Assembly: GCA_963835705.1 (NCBI GenBank)
Contig: CAWIGR010000005.1
Span: forward strand, 6,120 to 70,119
DNA: 64,000 bases
Direction of reading: 5' to 3'
DNA from: an uncultured Thermoleophilaceae bacterium
Lineage (GTDB): Bacteria; Actinomycetota; Thermoleophilia; Solirubrobacterales; Thermoleophilaceae
Both the position numbers and the translations under genes were made by a program. Positions 44,372 through 53,431 of this stretch are shown piece after piece; position 1 is the stretch's first letter; every line of letters begins with the position of its first letter. The notes beneath the pieces are model-generated. The model searched no databases and was not told where the DNA came from. It was given only the letters and a program-made list of their open reading frames with translations.

Positions 44372-45367
44372 ATGCCTTGGAGACCGAGCTACAGCGAAGC
44401 AGAGGCGCGTGCAGCGATCGCGGCTGCTGGGTCTTGGCGCGCGATCATGCGCGCGCTTGGCCTCGGCTACCACGGGAAGAACATCAACACTCTCAGGCGG
44501 TGGGCGAAGAGGTGGGACATACCGACCGATCACCTCACCGATCGCCGCGGGCGAAGGGTCGTCGACTACGGGGACGCGGATCTACGAGTGGCCATTGCGA
44601 ACTCGCGGTCGTGGGCCGAGGCGCTCAGGCGTCTCGGGTACTGCCCGTCAGGCGGGAACTGGAAGACGCTGAAAAAGCGGGCCGCTCTTCTGGGCGTGTC
44701 TACCGTCCACTTCGATCCGCACGCGGCGTCACGTGAGCGCAGCCGGCGATCGCGTACTCCTCTGACGGAGATCCTGACTACGGGTTCGACGTTCAGCCGG
44801 ACCTGCCTCAAGCAACGCCTCTACGACGAGGGCCTGAAGAAAGCCGAGTGCGAGCTGTGCGGACAGAACGACGATTGGCGGGGCAAGAGGATGGCGATGA
44901 TCCTCGACCACGTCAACGGAGTGCGAGACGACAACCGACTGGAGAACCTCCGGATCATCTGTCCGAACTGCGCGGCGACCCTCGATACCCATTGCGGCAG
45001 GAAGAACCGAGAACCGCTGTCCCCGCTGACTTGCCTCAGGTGCGATCGGTCGTTCGTGCCCAAGTATCCGACGCAGCGATACTGCTCGAGCGCCTGTGGG
45101 TCGCGGTGGGACCGCACGGGTCTGAAGCGTCCGGGTGCGCGCAAGGTCGAGCGCCCTCCCCACGAGCAGCTTCTCCGCGAGGTGGATCGCTTCGGCTACC
45201 TCGCGGTTGGCCGGAAGTACGGCGTCTCTGACAACGCGATTCGCAAGTGGCTGCGTCAGTACGAGCGAGAGCACCTACTCGCCTCGGGGAGGGATCCGAG
45301 CGTGGCGGAGATCCCCAGGCGCACGTGGCCAAATCGACGGCGCGAAAGGAAGGATGACGCAGCGTGA
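44372..45367 (+). CDS. HNH endonuclease (free-standing homing-endonuclease-like, multidomain)
   Basis: 331 aa. Two N-terminal ~45-aa repeats (SWRAIMRALGLGYHGKNINTLRRWAKRWDIPTDH and SWAEALRRLGYCPSGGNWKTLKKRAALLGVSTVH). HNH-Zn core CELCG...LDHVNGVRDDNRLENLRIICPNCA. An extra CxxC...C zinc ribbon. A C-terminal HTH (YGVSDNAIRKWL). GC3 bias is visibly weaker than in its neighbours. Confidence 0.85.
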   Translation: MPWRPSYSEAEARAAIAAAGSWRAIMRALGLGYHGKNINTLRRWAKRWDIPTDHLTDRRGRRVVDYGDADLRVAIANSRSWAEALRRLGYCPSGGNWKTLKKRAALLGVSTVHFDPHAASRERSRRSRTPLTEILTTGSTFSRTCLKQRLYDEGLKKAECELCGQNDDWRGKRMAMILDHVNGVRDDNRLENLRIICPNCAATLDTHCGRKNREPLSPLTCLRCDRSFVPKYPTQRYCSSACGSRWDRTGLKRPGARKVERPPHEQLLREVDRFGYLAVGRKYGVSDNAIRKWLRQYEREHLLASGRDPSVAEIPRRTWPNRRRERKDDAA

Positions 45368-45444
45368 CCACGCCGGCAAGGTCCGGGCCCCAACGGTCCG
45401 CGGCCATGGAGGTTCACCTGGTCCGGCGCTACGCTCACAGGCCC

Positions 45445-46818
45445 ATGCCCGAGCCCTTCACGGTCCTCATCATGGCCGCAGGCCAGGGCACGCGGATGCG
45501 GTCGGGGACTCCCAAGGTCCTGCACCGGGTCTGCGGCAAGCCCATGGTCGAGTGGGTCGTCGACGCCGCGGTCGCGGCCGGTGCCGCGCGGGTGGTGTGC
45601 GTGGTCCGGCCGGACGACGGCGTCGCCGAGGGGCTGCCCGACGGCGTCCGGGTGGCCGAGCAGCGCGAGGGGGAGGGCACCGGCGCCGCGGTGCTCGCCG
45701 CGCGCGACGAGGCGAGCGAGGGGCCCGTCGTCGTCCTGTCCGGGGACCACCCGCTCGTTACCCCCGAGCAGATCGCCGGGCTCGTCGACGAGCATCGCCG
45801 TCAGCGCGCCGGCGTCACCATGCTCACCACCGAGCAGCTCGACCCCGCGGGCTACGGGCGCGTCGTACGGAACGGCGCCGGCGACGTCGAGCGGATCGTC
45901 GAGACCAAGTACACGGAGGGGGTGCCTCCGGCCGAGCTGGCGATCAGGGAGGTCAACCTCGGCACCTACGTCTTCGATGCTCCGCGTCTGTTCGAGGCCC
46001 TCGACGAGGTGGCCCTCGACAACGGCGAGCGCTACCTGACCAACGTCCTGCCGCTCCTCAAGGGCGACGGCGCTCGCGTGATCGCCCACGCCACCGACGA
46101 CGCCGCGATCGCGCTCGGCGTCAACGACCGCGTGGGCCTGATGCAGGCCGAGGCGCTCGCCCAGCTCCACATCCTCGAGCGTCATGCGCGCGACGGCGTG
46201 ACTTTCCTGCACCCGGGCAGCGTGCGAGTGGAGGCGGACGTCGCGATCGGCGCGGACACCACCATCGGCCCGGGCGTGAGCCTGATCGGAGACACGAGCG
46301 TGGGCGGCGGCGCCGAGATCGGTCCGCACACGACGCTCGTGGACTGCCGCGTCGGCCACCGGGCGACGGTGCTGCACACCTACGCGGTCGAGGTGGAGCT
46401 CCACGACGACGTGCTCATCGGTCCGTTCGCGTACCTCCGCCCGGGCACGGTGGTGGGAGCGGGCGCCAAGGTGGGCACCTTCGTGGAGGTCAAGAACTCC
46501 GACATCGGCGAGCGCGCCAAGGTCCCGCACCTCTCCTACATCGGCGACACGGACGTCGGTGAGCTGAGCAACCTGGGCGCCAGCACGATCACCGCCAACT
46601 ACGACGGTCGCGCGAAGCACCGCACGAAGCTCGGAAAGAGCGTGAAGACCGGCGTTCACACCTCGCTGGTGGCTCCGCTGGACGTCGGCGAACGGGCGTA
46701 CACTGGTGCCGGCTCGGTGATCACCAGCGACGTCCCGGAGGGAGCGCTCGGGATCTCCCGGTCGGAGCAGAAGAACGTCGAGGGCTATGCGGACCGGGTA
46801 GAGGAGGACTCGAAATGA
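45445..46818 (+). CDS. glmU: Bifunctional UDP-N-acetylglucosamine pyrophosphorylase / glucosamine-1-phosphate N-acetyltransferase
   Basis: LIMAAGQGTRMRSGTPKVLH plus a C-terminal hexapeptide-repeat domain. The start is ambiguous among ATG 45445 (typical N-terminus), ATG 45406 and GTG 45364. The last has GGAAGGA upstream and overlaps the HNH stop. Confidence 0.9.
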   Translation: MPEPFTVLIMAAGQGTRMRSGTPKVLHRVCGKPMVEWVVDAAVAAGAARVVCVVRPDDGVAEGLPDGVRVAEQREGEGTGAAVLAARDEASEGPVVVLSGDHPLVTPEQIAGLVDEHRRQRAGVTMLTTEQLDPAGYGRVVRNGAGDVERIVETKYTEGVPPAELAIREVNLGTYVFDAPRLFEALDEVALDNGERYLTNVLPLLKGDGARVIAHATDDAAIALGVNDRVGLMQAEALAQLHILERHARDGVTFLHPGSVRVEADVAIGADTTIGPGVSLIGDTSVGGGAEIGPHTTLVDCRVGHRATVLHTYAVEVELHDDVLIGPFAYLRPGTVVGAGAKVGTFVEVKNSDIGERAKVPHLSYIGDTDVGELSNLGASTITANYDGRAKHRTKLGKSVKTGVHTSLVAPLDVGERAYTGAGSVITSDVPEGALGISRSEQKNVEGYADRVEEDSK

Positions 46819-47849
46819 GCACTTCCCTCCAGACGGCGACGGAGTTGCTTCCCACCTCGAGCATTCCTGCGCGGTACGAGAAGCGCCTGATGGTCACCGC
46901 CGGCCGCGCCAGCCGGGAGCTCGGCGGGAAGATCGCCGAGAAGCTCGGCCTCGAGCTCACGGACGCGGGCCTGAAGACCTTCGCCGACGGCGAGGTGTAC
47001 TGCCGCTACGAGGAGTCGATCCGCGGCGCCGACCTGTTCATCGTGCAGTCGATCTGCGGCTCGGAGCGCGAGGGGCTCACCGTCAACGACGCGCTCTGGG
47101 AGCTCCTCCTCATGGTGCACGCCGCCAAGCACGCCTCGGCGCACCGCATCGTCGCCGTCACGCCCTGGTACGGCTACTCGCGCCAGGACAAGAAGTCCGC
47201 GCCCCGCGAGCCGATCTCGGCGCGGCTGGTGGCCGAGATGCTCGAGACGGCGGGCATCGACCGGATGGTCACGATGGACCTCCACGCCGGCCAGCTGCAG
47301 GGTTTCTTCTCGAAGCCCGTCGACCATATGACCGCGATGCCGATCCTCACCCAGTTCGTCCAGGACCGGCTGGGCGATCGCGAGCTCGTGATCCTCGCCC
47401 CCGACGCGGGCCGCGTGAAGCTGGTGCGCAAGTTCGCCCAGAAGGTGGGCGCGCCCTACGCGCTGATGGAGAAGGAGCGGCCGGCGCAGCAGGTGGCCGA
47501 GATCGGCTACGTGATCGGCGACGTGAAGAACCGCACCGCCGTGATCGTCGACGACATCATCGCCACCGGCGGCACGCTCAACGCCGCAGCGCAGACCGTG
47601 CTCGACGAGGGCGCGGACGAGGTCTTCGCGGTCGCCACCCACGGCCTCTTCTCCGGCCAGGCGTTCGAGATCCTGAGCAGCGGCCCGCTGACCGGCATCG
47701 TCGTGACCGACACGATCCCGCTGCGCGACGGCGCCCCGGACATCGTCACCCAGCTGACCTGCGCCGACGTCCTCGAGGACTCGATCCGGCGCATCTTCAC
47801 CGACGACTCGGTCTCCGAGATCTTCGCCGGCGAGAACCAGCTGTTCTAG
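46815..47849 (+). CDS. prs: Ribose-phosphate pyrophosphokinase
   Basis: ATGA overlap with glmU. DLHAGQLQGFF and PRPP loop VDDIIATGGT. Confidence 0.93.
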   Translation: MSTSLQTATELLPTSSIPARYEKRLMVTAGRASRELGGKIAEKLGLELTDAGLKTFADGEVYCRYEESIRGADLFIVQSICGSEREGLTVNDALWELLLMVHAAKHASAHRIVAVTPWYGYSRQDKKSAPREPISARLVAEMLETAGIDRMVTMDLHAGQLQGFFSKPVDHMTAMPILTQFVQDRLGDRELVILAPDAGRVKLVRKFAQKVGAPYALMEKERPAQQVAEIGYVIGDVKNRTAVIVDDIIATGGTLNAAAQTVLDEGADEVFAVATHGLFSGQAFEILSSGPLTGIVVTDTIPLRDGAPDIVTQLTCADVLEDSIRRIFTDDSVSEIFAGENQLF

Positions 47850-47869
47850 ACGCCATTACGATCGGCGGC

Positions 47870-48241
47870 ATGATCGCCGGGGCGCACACAATCATCTTCG
47901 CCGAGGACGCCGAGCGAGCCCGCGCGTTCCTGCGAGACGTGCTGGGTTTCGAGGGGGTGGATGCCGGTGACGGCTGGCTGATCTTCGCGCTGCCGCCCGG
48001 CGAGGTCGCGGTCCATCCCGGCGGCGGCTGGGGTCGCGGGCCGGGCCACCACGTCCTCTTCCTGATGTGCCACGACATCGCGCGGACGGTCGAGCAGCTC
48101 GAGAGCAAGGGCGTGGAGTTCGTCTCGCCGATCGAGGACGAGGGCTGGGGCCGGATCGCGCAGTTCAAGCTTCCCGGCGCGGGCGAGATCGGCCTCTACG
48201 AGCCGAGGCACCCGAGCCCGTTGCCGGGCTTCGCGTCCTAG
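47870..48241 (+). CDS. VOC (glyoxalase/bleomycin-resistance) family protein
   Basis: 123 aa. Typical VOC N-terminus HTIIFAEDAERARAFLRDVLGF. Confidence 0.7.
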   Translation: MIAGAHTIIFAEDAERARAFLRDVLGFEGVDAGDGWLIFALPPGEVAVHPGGGWGRGPGHHVLFLMCHDIARTVEQLESKGVEFVSPIEDEGWGRIAQFKLPGAGEIGLYEPRHPSPLPGFAS

Positions 48242-48681
48242 GTCGGCTTCGTCGACATCGCCCACAGGGCGACCACGTACGCGACGATCGTGATCCCCAC
48301 GAGCACGGCCGTCGCGGTGCGAAGGCCGCCGCCGTGTCCGCGGCGCGCGGCGATCCCCGCGCACACGGTCGCCGCGATCAGCACGAGGAAGCTCGCCTCG
48401 GAGGTGATGAAGCCGATGTCGATCCAAGCGGGCACGTCGACGCCCTCATCGAGGAGGTTCTCCTTCGACGCGATCCACTGCGCGGACAGGCGCATCGCGA
48501 TCCACGCGGGAATGGCGCCGAAGAGGAGGGAACGGAAGCCGAGCCGAAGGCCGGTCTGCGGGTTGCCTGCCACGGAGACCGCCGCGAGCACGACCGCGCC
48601 GAAGAGCACCATCGCGCTCAGGACATGGAGAAACAGCGCGAAGTTCCAGTCCTCCGGCCGGATGGCGCCGAGCACGGTCAT
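48238..48681 (-). CDS. Integral membrane protein (4 TM), family unknown
   Basis: 147 aa. ATGA-coupled to the upstream membrane gene, hydrophobic helices, high GC3. Confidence 0.6.
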   Translation of the reverse strand: MTVLGAIRPEDWNFALFLHVLSAMVLFGAVVLAAVSVAGNPQTGLRLGFRSLLFGAIPAWIAMRLSAQWIASKENLLDEGVDVPAWIDIGFITSEASFLVLIAATVCAGIAARRGHGGGLRTATAVLVGITIVAYVVALWAMSTKPT

Positions 48682-49061
48682 GCGCCCGGCTTCCAGATCA
48701 TGAGGACGAGGAGGCCGACCACGGCCAGTGTGCGAAGCCAGTGCATCAGCGCCACGCGGCTCTCGATCGTCTCAGCGTCACCGATCCGCCTGCGGACGCT
48801 GTCGCCCAGCCCGGTCGCGACCAGCCACAGCACGATCGCTCCGATGATCCAGCCGTCCCAGATCTCGTACTGGTCGAGGTGGAGGGCGAGCCATACGCCG
48901 AGGATCAGCGTGCCGAGGCCGCCGACGTCCCAGCAGCGGTCCGCCACGAACAGGGTGCGCCCGCCCGCCGCGGCGCCGAGCGCGACCGCGCTGTAGGTCA
49001 CGGCCGTGACCGACAGCAGGAACGCGGCGAGCAGGTGGAAGAAGAGAAGCCAGTCGTACAC
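48678..49061 (-). CDS. Integral membrane protein (4 TM), family unknown
   Basis: 127 aa (MYDWLLFFHLLAAFLL...). Forms a coupled pair with the 48238-48681 gene. Confidence 0.6.
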   Translation of the reverse strand: MYDWLLFFHLLAAFLLSVTAVTYSAVALGAAAGGRTLFVADRCWDVGGLGTLILGVWLALHLDQYEIWDGWIIGAIVLWLVATGLGDSVRRRIGDAETIESRVALMHWLRTLAVVGLLVLMIWKPGA

Positions 49062-49096
49062 GCCGCGCGGAACCTACAGGCGCGCTCGGAGGGCCG

Positions 49097-50521
49097 CTAC
49101 GTGGCGCGCGCCGCGTACCGCCGCACGCGCTTCTCCCCGCGTGACTCGAAGTAGTGCCACTCCTCGCGGCCGAGCTCCGTGCAGGGCGGGTCGGCGAACC
49201 ACCATTCGCGCCCGATCCGGTACCAGTTGCGCGTGGCCTCGAGCTGCCCGAGCACCGCCAGCACGCCCGACTCCATGCGCCGCCCCATCAGCTCGTTCGC
49301 GGGCAGGTTCTCGCGCCGCATCAGGCGGTAGAACTCGGAGCGCGGGTCGGAGACCGCCGTGATCGCGTCCATCACCCGGCGCGAGTCGACGGTCACGTCG
49401 CGGTCCTCCATGTACCAGCCGCCGACCACCTTCACGTGCTCCATCAGCTGCTCGGCGTCGATCTTCTGCGGGTTGTTGAGGAAGCCGAGGTCGTGGAGCG
49501 CCACTCGCAGCCGCTCGGGATCGCCGTCGAAGATCGCCTCGAGCGCGGTGATCTCGAGCTCGATCTGGTCCTTGTCCAGATGCTTGGTCATCCCGAAGTC
49601 GAGGAACGCGACCTTGCCGTCCTGCATCAGCAGGTAGTTGCCCGGGTGGGCGTCGGCGTTGAAGTGCTGGAGGTGGTAGATCGAGCCGAAGCAGAAGCGG
49701 AACACGATCTCGCCGAACCGGTCGCGCTCGGGCTGGGGTAGCTGCTTGATGTGCTCGAACCCCGCGCCGTCGACCCACTCGGTCACCAGCACACGCGTGG
49801 TCGAGAGCCGCGTGACCACGTCCGGCACGTGGATGAACGGATGCCCGCGGTAGCCGCGGGCGAAGGAGCGCTGGTTCTGCGCCTCGAGCTCGTAGTCGAG
49901 CTCCTCCAGCACCCGCTCCTTCAGCTCCTCGGCGGCAGCCTTGGCGTCGAGACCGGGCGCCAGCGCCTTAACCATGCGCAGGATCAGCCCGGCGTTCTGC
50001 ATGTCCGCCGCGATCGCGTCGGCCACCCCGGGGTACTGGATCTTCACCGCCACCCGCCGGCCGTCTGGCAGCACCGCCCGGTGTACCTGGCCGATCGAAG
50101 CCGCCGCCGCGGCCTCGTGCTCGAAGTGCTCGAACAGCTCCTCGCAGGGCTCCTCCCACTCCTCGTCGAGCACCTTTCGCACCTTCTCCCACGGCATGTG
50201 GGGGGCCTCCGTGCGCAGCGACGCGAGCTGCTCCTGGTACAGCTCGCGGTACTCGGGCGGGAGGAACTCCGTGTCGATGAACGAGGCGAGCTGGCCGATC
50301 TTCATCGCCGCTCCCTTCATGCGCCCGAGCGTCTCGACCATCCGCTCGGCGGCCTCGAGGTGGCGGCGCTCGAGCGCGTCCGCCGCTTCCTCCTCCGAGC
50401 GCGCGATGTTCGCCGCACGCGTGCCGGCGTAGCGGGCTCCCTGTGCGCCCACCACGGAGCCCACCTGGGCCGTCCGCCGGATGCGGCCGGTGGGGATTGA
50501 GCTGTCGTCCTTGGCCGCCAC
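49097..50521 (-). CDS. ABC1/AarF/UbiB-family atypical kinase
   Basis: 474 aa. AAMKIGQLASF, AAASIGQVHRAVLPDGRRVAVKIQYPG and HADAHPGNYLL. Confidence 0.85.
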   Translation of the reverse strand: MAAKDDSSIPTGRIRRTAQVGSVVGAQGARYAGTRAANIARSEEEAADALERRHLEAAERMVETLGRMKGAAMKIGQLASFIDTEFLPPEYRELYQEQLASLRTEAPHMPWEKVRKVLDEEWEEPCEELFEHFEHEAAAAASIGQVHRAVLPDGRRVAVKIQYPGVADAIAADMQNAGLILRMVKALAPGLDAKAAAEELKERVLEELDYELEAQNQRSFARGYRGHPFIHVPDVVTRLSTTRVLVTEWVDGAGFEHIKQLPQPERDRFGEIVFRFCFGSIYHLQHFNADAHPGNYLLMQDGKVAFLDFGMTKHLDKDQIELEITALEAIFDGDPERLRVALHDLGFLNNPQKIDAEQLMEHVKVVGGWYMEDRDVTVDSRRVMDAITAVSDPRSEFYRLMRRENLPANELMGRRMESGVLAVLGQLEATRNWYRIGREWWFADPPCTELGREEWHYFESRGEKRVRRYAARAT

Positions 50522-50565
50522 CTCATCCGAGAATAGGGCGGGGTCCCGCTAGACTCGCCGCCGGT

Positions 50566-51258
50566 ATGGCTGATGGAACCCGACCCACGTTGAGCGCCGA
50601 GGAGCGCCCGGAGCGCGGCACGCGCGCGACCAAGCGGCTGCGGCGCGAGGGCCTCGTGCCCGGCGTCGTCTATGGCGGCGGTAGCGGGGACTCCGTGTCC
50701 TTCAAGGTCGACTCGCGCCTGCTTCGCCAGATCCTCGTGGACGGCTCGGCGCTGATCGACCTCGAGGTTGGCGGCAAGACCCTGCCGGTCATCGTGAAGG
50801 ACCAGCAGCTCCACCCGGTGCGCGACGAGGTCATCCACATCGACCTTCTCGAGGTGCGCCTGGACGAGACGATCCAGACCACCGTCGGCGTGCAGGTCGA
50901 GGGCGCCGAGGAGGCGCCCGGCATCAAGGAGGGCGGCGTGCTCGAGCACGTGACCCACCAGCTGAACATCGAGGCGCTGCCGACGTCGATCCCCGACTCG
51001 ATCGTCGTGGACGTGAGCGGGATGGAGATCGCCGCCACCATGCACCTCTCCGAGCTCACCGCCCCCGAGGGCGTGACCTTCCTCGACGACCTGGAGGAGA
51101 CGATCATCGCCACGGTGGTCGTGCCGACCGAGGTCGAGGAGCCCGAGGAGATCGAGGAAGAGACCGAGCTGGTCGGCGAGGAGGCCGAGGCCGCGGAGGC
51201 CGAGGCAGCCGAGGAAGAGGGCGAGGCTCCGGCCGAGGAGTCCGAGAGCTCGGAGTGA
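50566..51258 (+). CDS. rplY: 50S ribosomal protein L25 / general stress protein Ctc
   Basis: 230 aa. KRLRREGLVPGVVYG, a beta-barrel domain and an acidic Glu/Ala tail. Confidence 0.88.
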   Translation: MADGTRPTLSAEERPERGTRATKRLRREGLVPGVVYGGGSGDSVSFKVDSRLLRQILVDGSALIDLEVGGKTLPVIVKDQQLHPVRDEVIHIDLLEVRLDETIQTTVGVQVEGAEEAPGIKEGGVLEHVTHQLNIEALPTSIPDSIVVDVSGMEIAATMHLSELTAPEGVTFLDDLEETIIATVVVPTEVEEPEEIEEETELVGEEAEAAEAEAAEEEGEAPAEESESSE

Positions 51259-51836
51259 GTCTCTTCCGTCGCGGCGGAAGGGCGGATTGGCTCGTTGTCG
51301 GTCTAGGAAATCCGGGCGACCGCTACGCCCGCACGCGCCACAACGTGGGGTTCGAGGTCGCCGCGCTGGCAGCCGAGCGCTGGGGGCTGCCGAAGGCAAA
51401 GACCAAGTACGCCGGTCTCTTCACCGACGGCCGGACCGGCCCCGGCGGTCCGCGGGTGGGCGTGCTCCTGCCGCAGACCTACATGAACGACTCGGGCAAG
51501 TCGGTCGGACCGGCGCGCGGGGCGCTCGGCGTGGACCCCGACCGGGTGGTCGTGGTGCACGACGAGATCGACCTTCCCTTCGGCCGGATCGAGACGCGCC
51601 TGGGAGGCGGCCTCGCCGGCCACAACGGGCTCAAGGCGGTGAAGGCCGGCCTGGGGACGCCGGACTTCCGGAGGGTCAGGGTGGGCGTCGGCCGCCCCGA
51701 CACCACGGACCCCGAGATCGTCTCCGCGCACGTGCTGGGCCGCTTCAGCGAGCCCAAGGACGAGGTGCGCGCGCTTGTCGAGCGGGCCGCGGACGAGCTG
51801 GAACGCTTGGTCAGCGGCCCCAACGGCGGCCATTGA
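51255..51836 (+). CDS. pth: Peptidyl-tRNA hydrolase
   Basis: GTGA overlap with rplY. LVVGLGNPGDRYARTRHNVGF. Confidence 0.92.
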   Translation: MSLFRRGGRADWLVVGLGNPGDRYARTRHNVGFEVAALAAERWGLPKAKTKYAGLFTDGRTGPGGPRVGVLLPQTYMNDSGKSVGPARGALGVDPDRVVVVHDEIDLPFGRIETRLGGGLAGHNGLKAVKAGLGTPDFRRVRVGVGRPDTTDPEIVSAHVLGRFSEPKDEVRALVERAADELERLVSGPNGGH

Positions 51837-51871
51837 GCGCAGGGGGACCCTCGCGCCCATCCCGCGTTCGT

Positions 51872-53407
51872 CTACGGCGCACCCGGCTGCGGCTCGCTGG
51901 TGGGGCCGTCCACCGCCACACTCGACTCGGTGGTGAAGCGCAGCCGGTCGATCCGCAGCTCGCGCGGATTCGCGTAACTGCCGCGTCGACCGTGGTAGAC
52001 GAGCCAGGAGCCGCCCTTCGGCCCGGTGGCGAGCATGCCCCCGCCCGGGCTGAGCACGTCCGCGCTCTGCGCGAGGAACGGGTTGCCGGCGGACTTCACG
52101 AACGGGCCGGTGGGCGAGCTCGACGTGGCGTAGCCCATGCCGTATGCGCGCGTGTAGGCGCCGCCCGAGTAGAGCAGCACGTAGGTAGAGCCACTCTTGA
52201 CCGGCCACGGGTTCTCGACGACAGGTCCGAAGGGGGCCACCTCCCATCCGGGGCTGTCGGCGTCGAAGAGCGGCTGGCGCGGCCCCGATGCGGTAAGGAG
52301 GTCGGGGGCGAGCGGGATCACCGAGATCGTTCGATCCCACGGACATTCGGCGCCGGGGGCCGGCATCTGGCAGCGACGGCCTGTCGACAGATAGAGGTAC
52401 GCCCGGCCGTCGCTGTCCACGAACGGCGCCGGGTCGATGTTGCTGTAGCCGTCGTCGTCACCGCAGCCGGGTGGGCGACCGCTCGAGTCCAGGTCACCGC
52501 CCAGTGGCCCGAGCTGGTTGTAGGGCCCCTCCGGGCGCGGCGAGACCGCGACCCCTATGCAGTTGGTGGGCGGCTCGAGGGCGCCATGCCGGGAGACGTG
52601 GAACAGCACGAAGCAGCGCGGGCCGACTGAGTTGGGGCAGGCGCCGTCGCGTTCGATCACGCTGGGCGCCCACGGGTTCCAGTCGCCCGTCTGGGCCGCC
52701 CAGGACGGACGGCCCGGCAGGGCCCACCCGGCGGGCGCCCAGTTCACCAGGTCGGCGGAGCGGAGCATGGGGAAGCGTGCGCCGGTACTGAAGACGAAAT
52801 AGTCCGAGTGCGTGGACCCGACGTCGAGCACGCCCGGGTCGGGCGCGCCGGGCGCGGCGAACACGGGGTTGGTGTAGCCGCCCTCGGGGACCGGCTGCTC
52901 GGCGGGAGGAGCTACAGCGGGCGCCGCGGCCGGCGATGGCGTTAGGGGCGGAGGAGACTGCCGCCCCACGACGCGCAGGGAATCGAGCACCACGGTGCGC
53001 CTACACGACGGCCCGCGGCCGGGGTTGGCCAGACGCAGCACCGCCACACGCGGCCCCGGCGGCGCCGCGGCGCGAAAGCGCAACCCCGCGAAGCGCGCCG
53101 AGCGCACCACACGCAAGCCGACCCGGCGTCCGTCCAGCCGCAGGACGATTCTCGGGCGAGTGCGGTTACAGGGAAGCGCCCGGGCTCGAAGCACGAGCGC
53201 GGAGAGGCCGTGGAGGGTGGTGAACCGGCGCCGGACCTCGCCCCGGCCGCGCACGGCGACCGCCCGGCCGCCGCGGGCCGCGGGATCCTCGACCACCCTC
53301 ACCGTCCCGGCGAGACGGCCGCGCTCGAGCTCGAGCGTCTGCCCAAGTGCCTCGGCCGGCAGGCCCAGCAGGGCCACTGCCACGAGAAGCTTCGCCCACG
53401 TCGGCAC
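51872..53407 (-). CDS. Secreted glycoside hydrolase family 43-like protein with an N-terminal beta-sandwich (CBM-like) module
   Basis: GTG 53407 gives the signal peptide VPTWAKLLVAVALLGLPAEALG. The C-terminal half has a GH43-like core (YTNPVF...PDPGVL, WAPSVIE, IDPAPFVDSDG, ENPWPVKSG). The start is moderately uncertain. Confidence 0.7.
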   Translation of the reverse strand: MPTWAKLLVAVALLGLPAEALGQTLELERGRLAGTVRVVEDPAARGGRAVAVRGRGEVRRRFTTLHGLSALVLRARALPCNRTRPRIVLRLDGRRVGLRVVRSARFAGLRFRAAAPPGPRVAVLRLANPGRGPSCRRTVVLDSLRVVGRQSPPPLTPSPAAAPAVAPPAEQPVPEGGYTNPVFAAPGAPDPGVLDVGSTHSDYFVFSTGARFPMLRSADLVNWAPAGWALPGRPSWAAQTGDWNPWAPSVIERDGACPNSVGPRCFVLFHVSRHGALEPPTNCIGVAVSPRPEGPYNQLGPLGGDLDSSGRPPGCGDDDGYSNIDPAPFVDSDGRAYLYLSTGRRCQMPAPGAECPWDRTISVIPLAPDLLTASGPRQPLFDADSPGWEVAPFGPVVENPWPVKSGSTYVLLYSGGAYTRAYGMGYATSSSPTGPFVKSAGNPFLAQSADVLSPGGGMLATGPKGGSWLVYHGRRGSYANPRELRIDRLRFTTESSVAVDGPTSEPQPGAP

Positions 53408-53431
53408 GCTCGCAAAGCTAGCCGCGAAACT

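Noticed and set aside
44224-44736. 170-aa plus-strand ORF and 87-aa minus-strand ORF overlapping the tRNA-Gln-like gene and the LexA box.
   Set aside because: They overlap a structured tRNA and the 5' part of the well-supported HNH ORF, and they have no coding signature.
44170-45450. Possibility that the HNH gene is part of an integrated element using tRNA-Gln as its att site.
   Set aside because: I could not find a direct repeat of the tRNA 3' end near 45370-45450, and no integrase or recombinase is present. I therefore treat it as a lone gene insertion.
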